A DNA stretch of 64,000 bases, taken from assembly GCA_963693365.1 (NCBI GenBank), contig CAVNZM010000012.1, forward strand, positions 3,547,617 through 3,611,616, in the 5' to 3' direction. Positions 63,893 to 64,000 of this stretch are shown in pieces. Numbering within the stretch: position 1 is the stretch's first letter; each line of letters begins with the position of its first letter. This DNA is from Amoebidium appalachense (Eukaryota > Protista > Ichthyosporea). The notes below the pieces were generated by a model that saw nothing but the letters and a program-made list of their open reading frames with translations, ran no database searches and was not told the origin of the DNA. The translations under genes were made by a program, and so were the position numbers.

Positions 63893-64000
63893 TCTTTTTC
63901 TCATCCTCTTCTCGCTGGGGTAAAAGCCAGCACGCCTTTACTGGCGTCATCACAACCATCTGTTGTAATACGTTATATTTACATATGGTAAGATCTTCTC

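Larger units (their letters stand above)
63371..63960 (+). mobile_element. TRIM-like miniature LTR element with tRNA-containing LTRs, abutting or inserted in the copia element
   Basis: LTR1 63371-63590/4 and LTR2 63741-63960 start with TGTTG and differ at one position seen. Internal region of about 150 bp has TGG at 63596 and PPT TGAGTGGGGA at 63731-63740. Confidence 0.8.

Overview
Eukaryotic genomic DNA in two parts. About 1-50.2 kb is a gene-dense block with no evident introns that looks like an endogenized giant virus (Nucleocytoviricota). Core-type genes are an A32 packaging ATPase, VLTF2, PCNA, a P11-like minor capsid protein, a YqaJ recombinase, an H2B-H2A histone doublet, a DNA ligase and two D5/NrS-1-type helicases. 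Accessory genes include KilA-N/Bro-like proteins, a C5 methyltransferase, a Z1-type SF2 ATPase, patatin, an ADP-ribosyltransferase, PL14 and GH114 glycanases, C2H2 zinc fingers, two Fanzor/TnpB remnants and an IS630/Tc1 DDE domain embedded in a very large protein. Many genes are frameshifted, often at homopolymer runs. About 52.4-64 kb looks like host DNA: a spliced secreted-protein gene, kelch exons, an RT-less Ngaro-type tyrosine-recombinase element with split direct repeats, a decayed copia element and a miniature LTR element (TRIM) whose LTRs each carry a complete tRNA-like Pol III gene. All assignments come from motif recognition by eye; no database searches were run.
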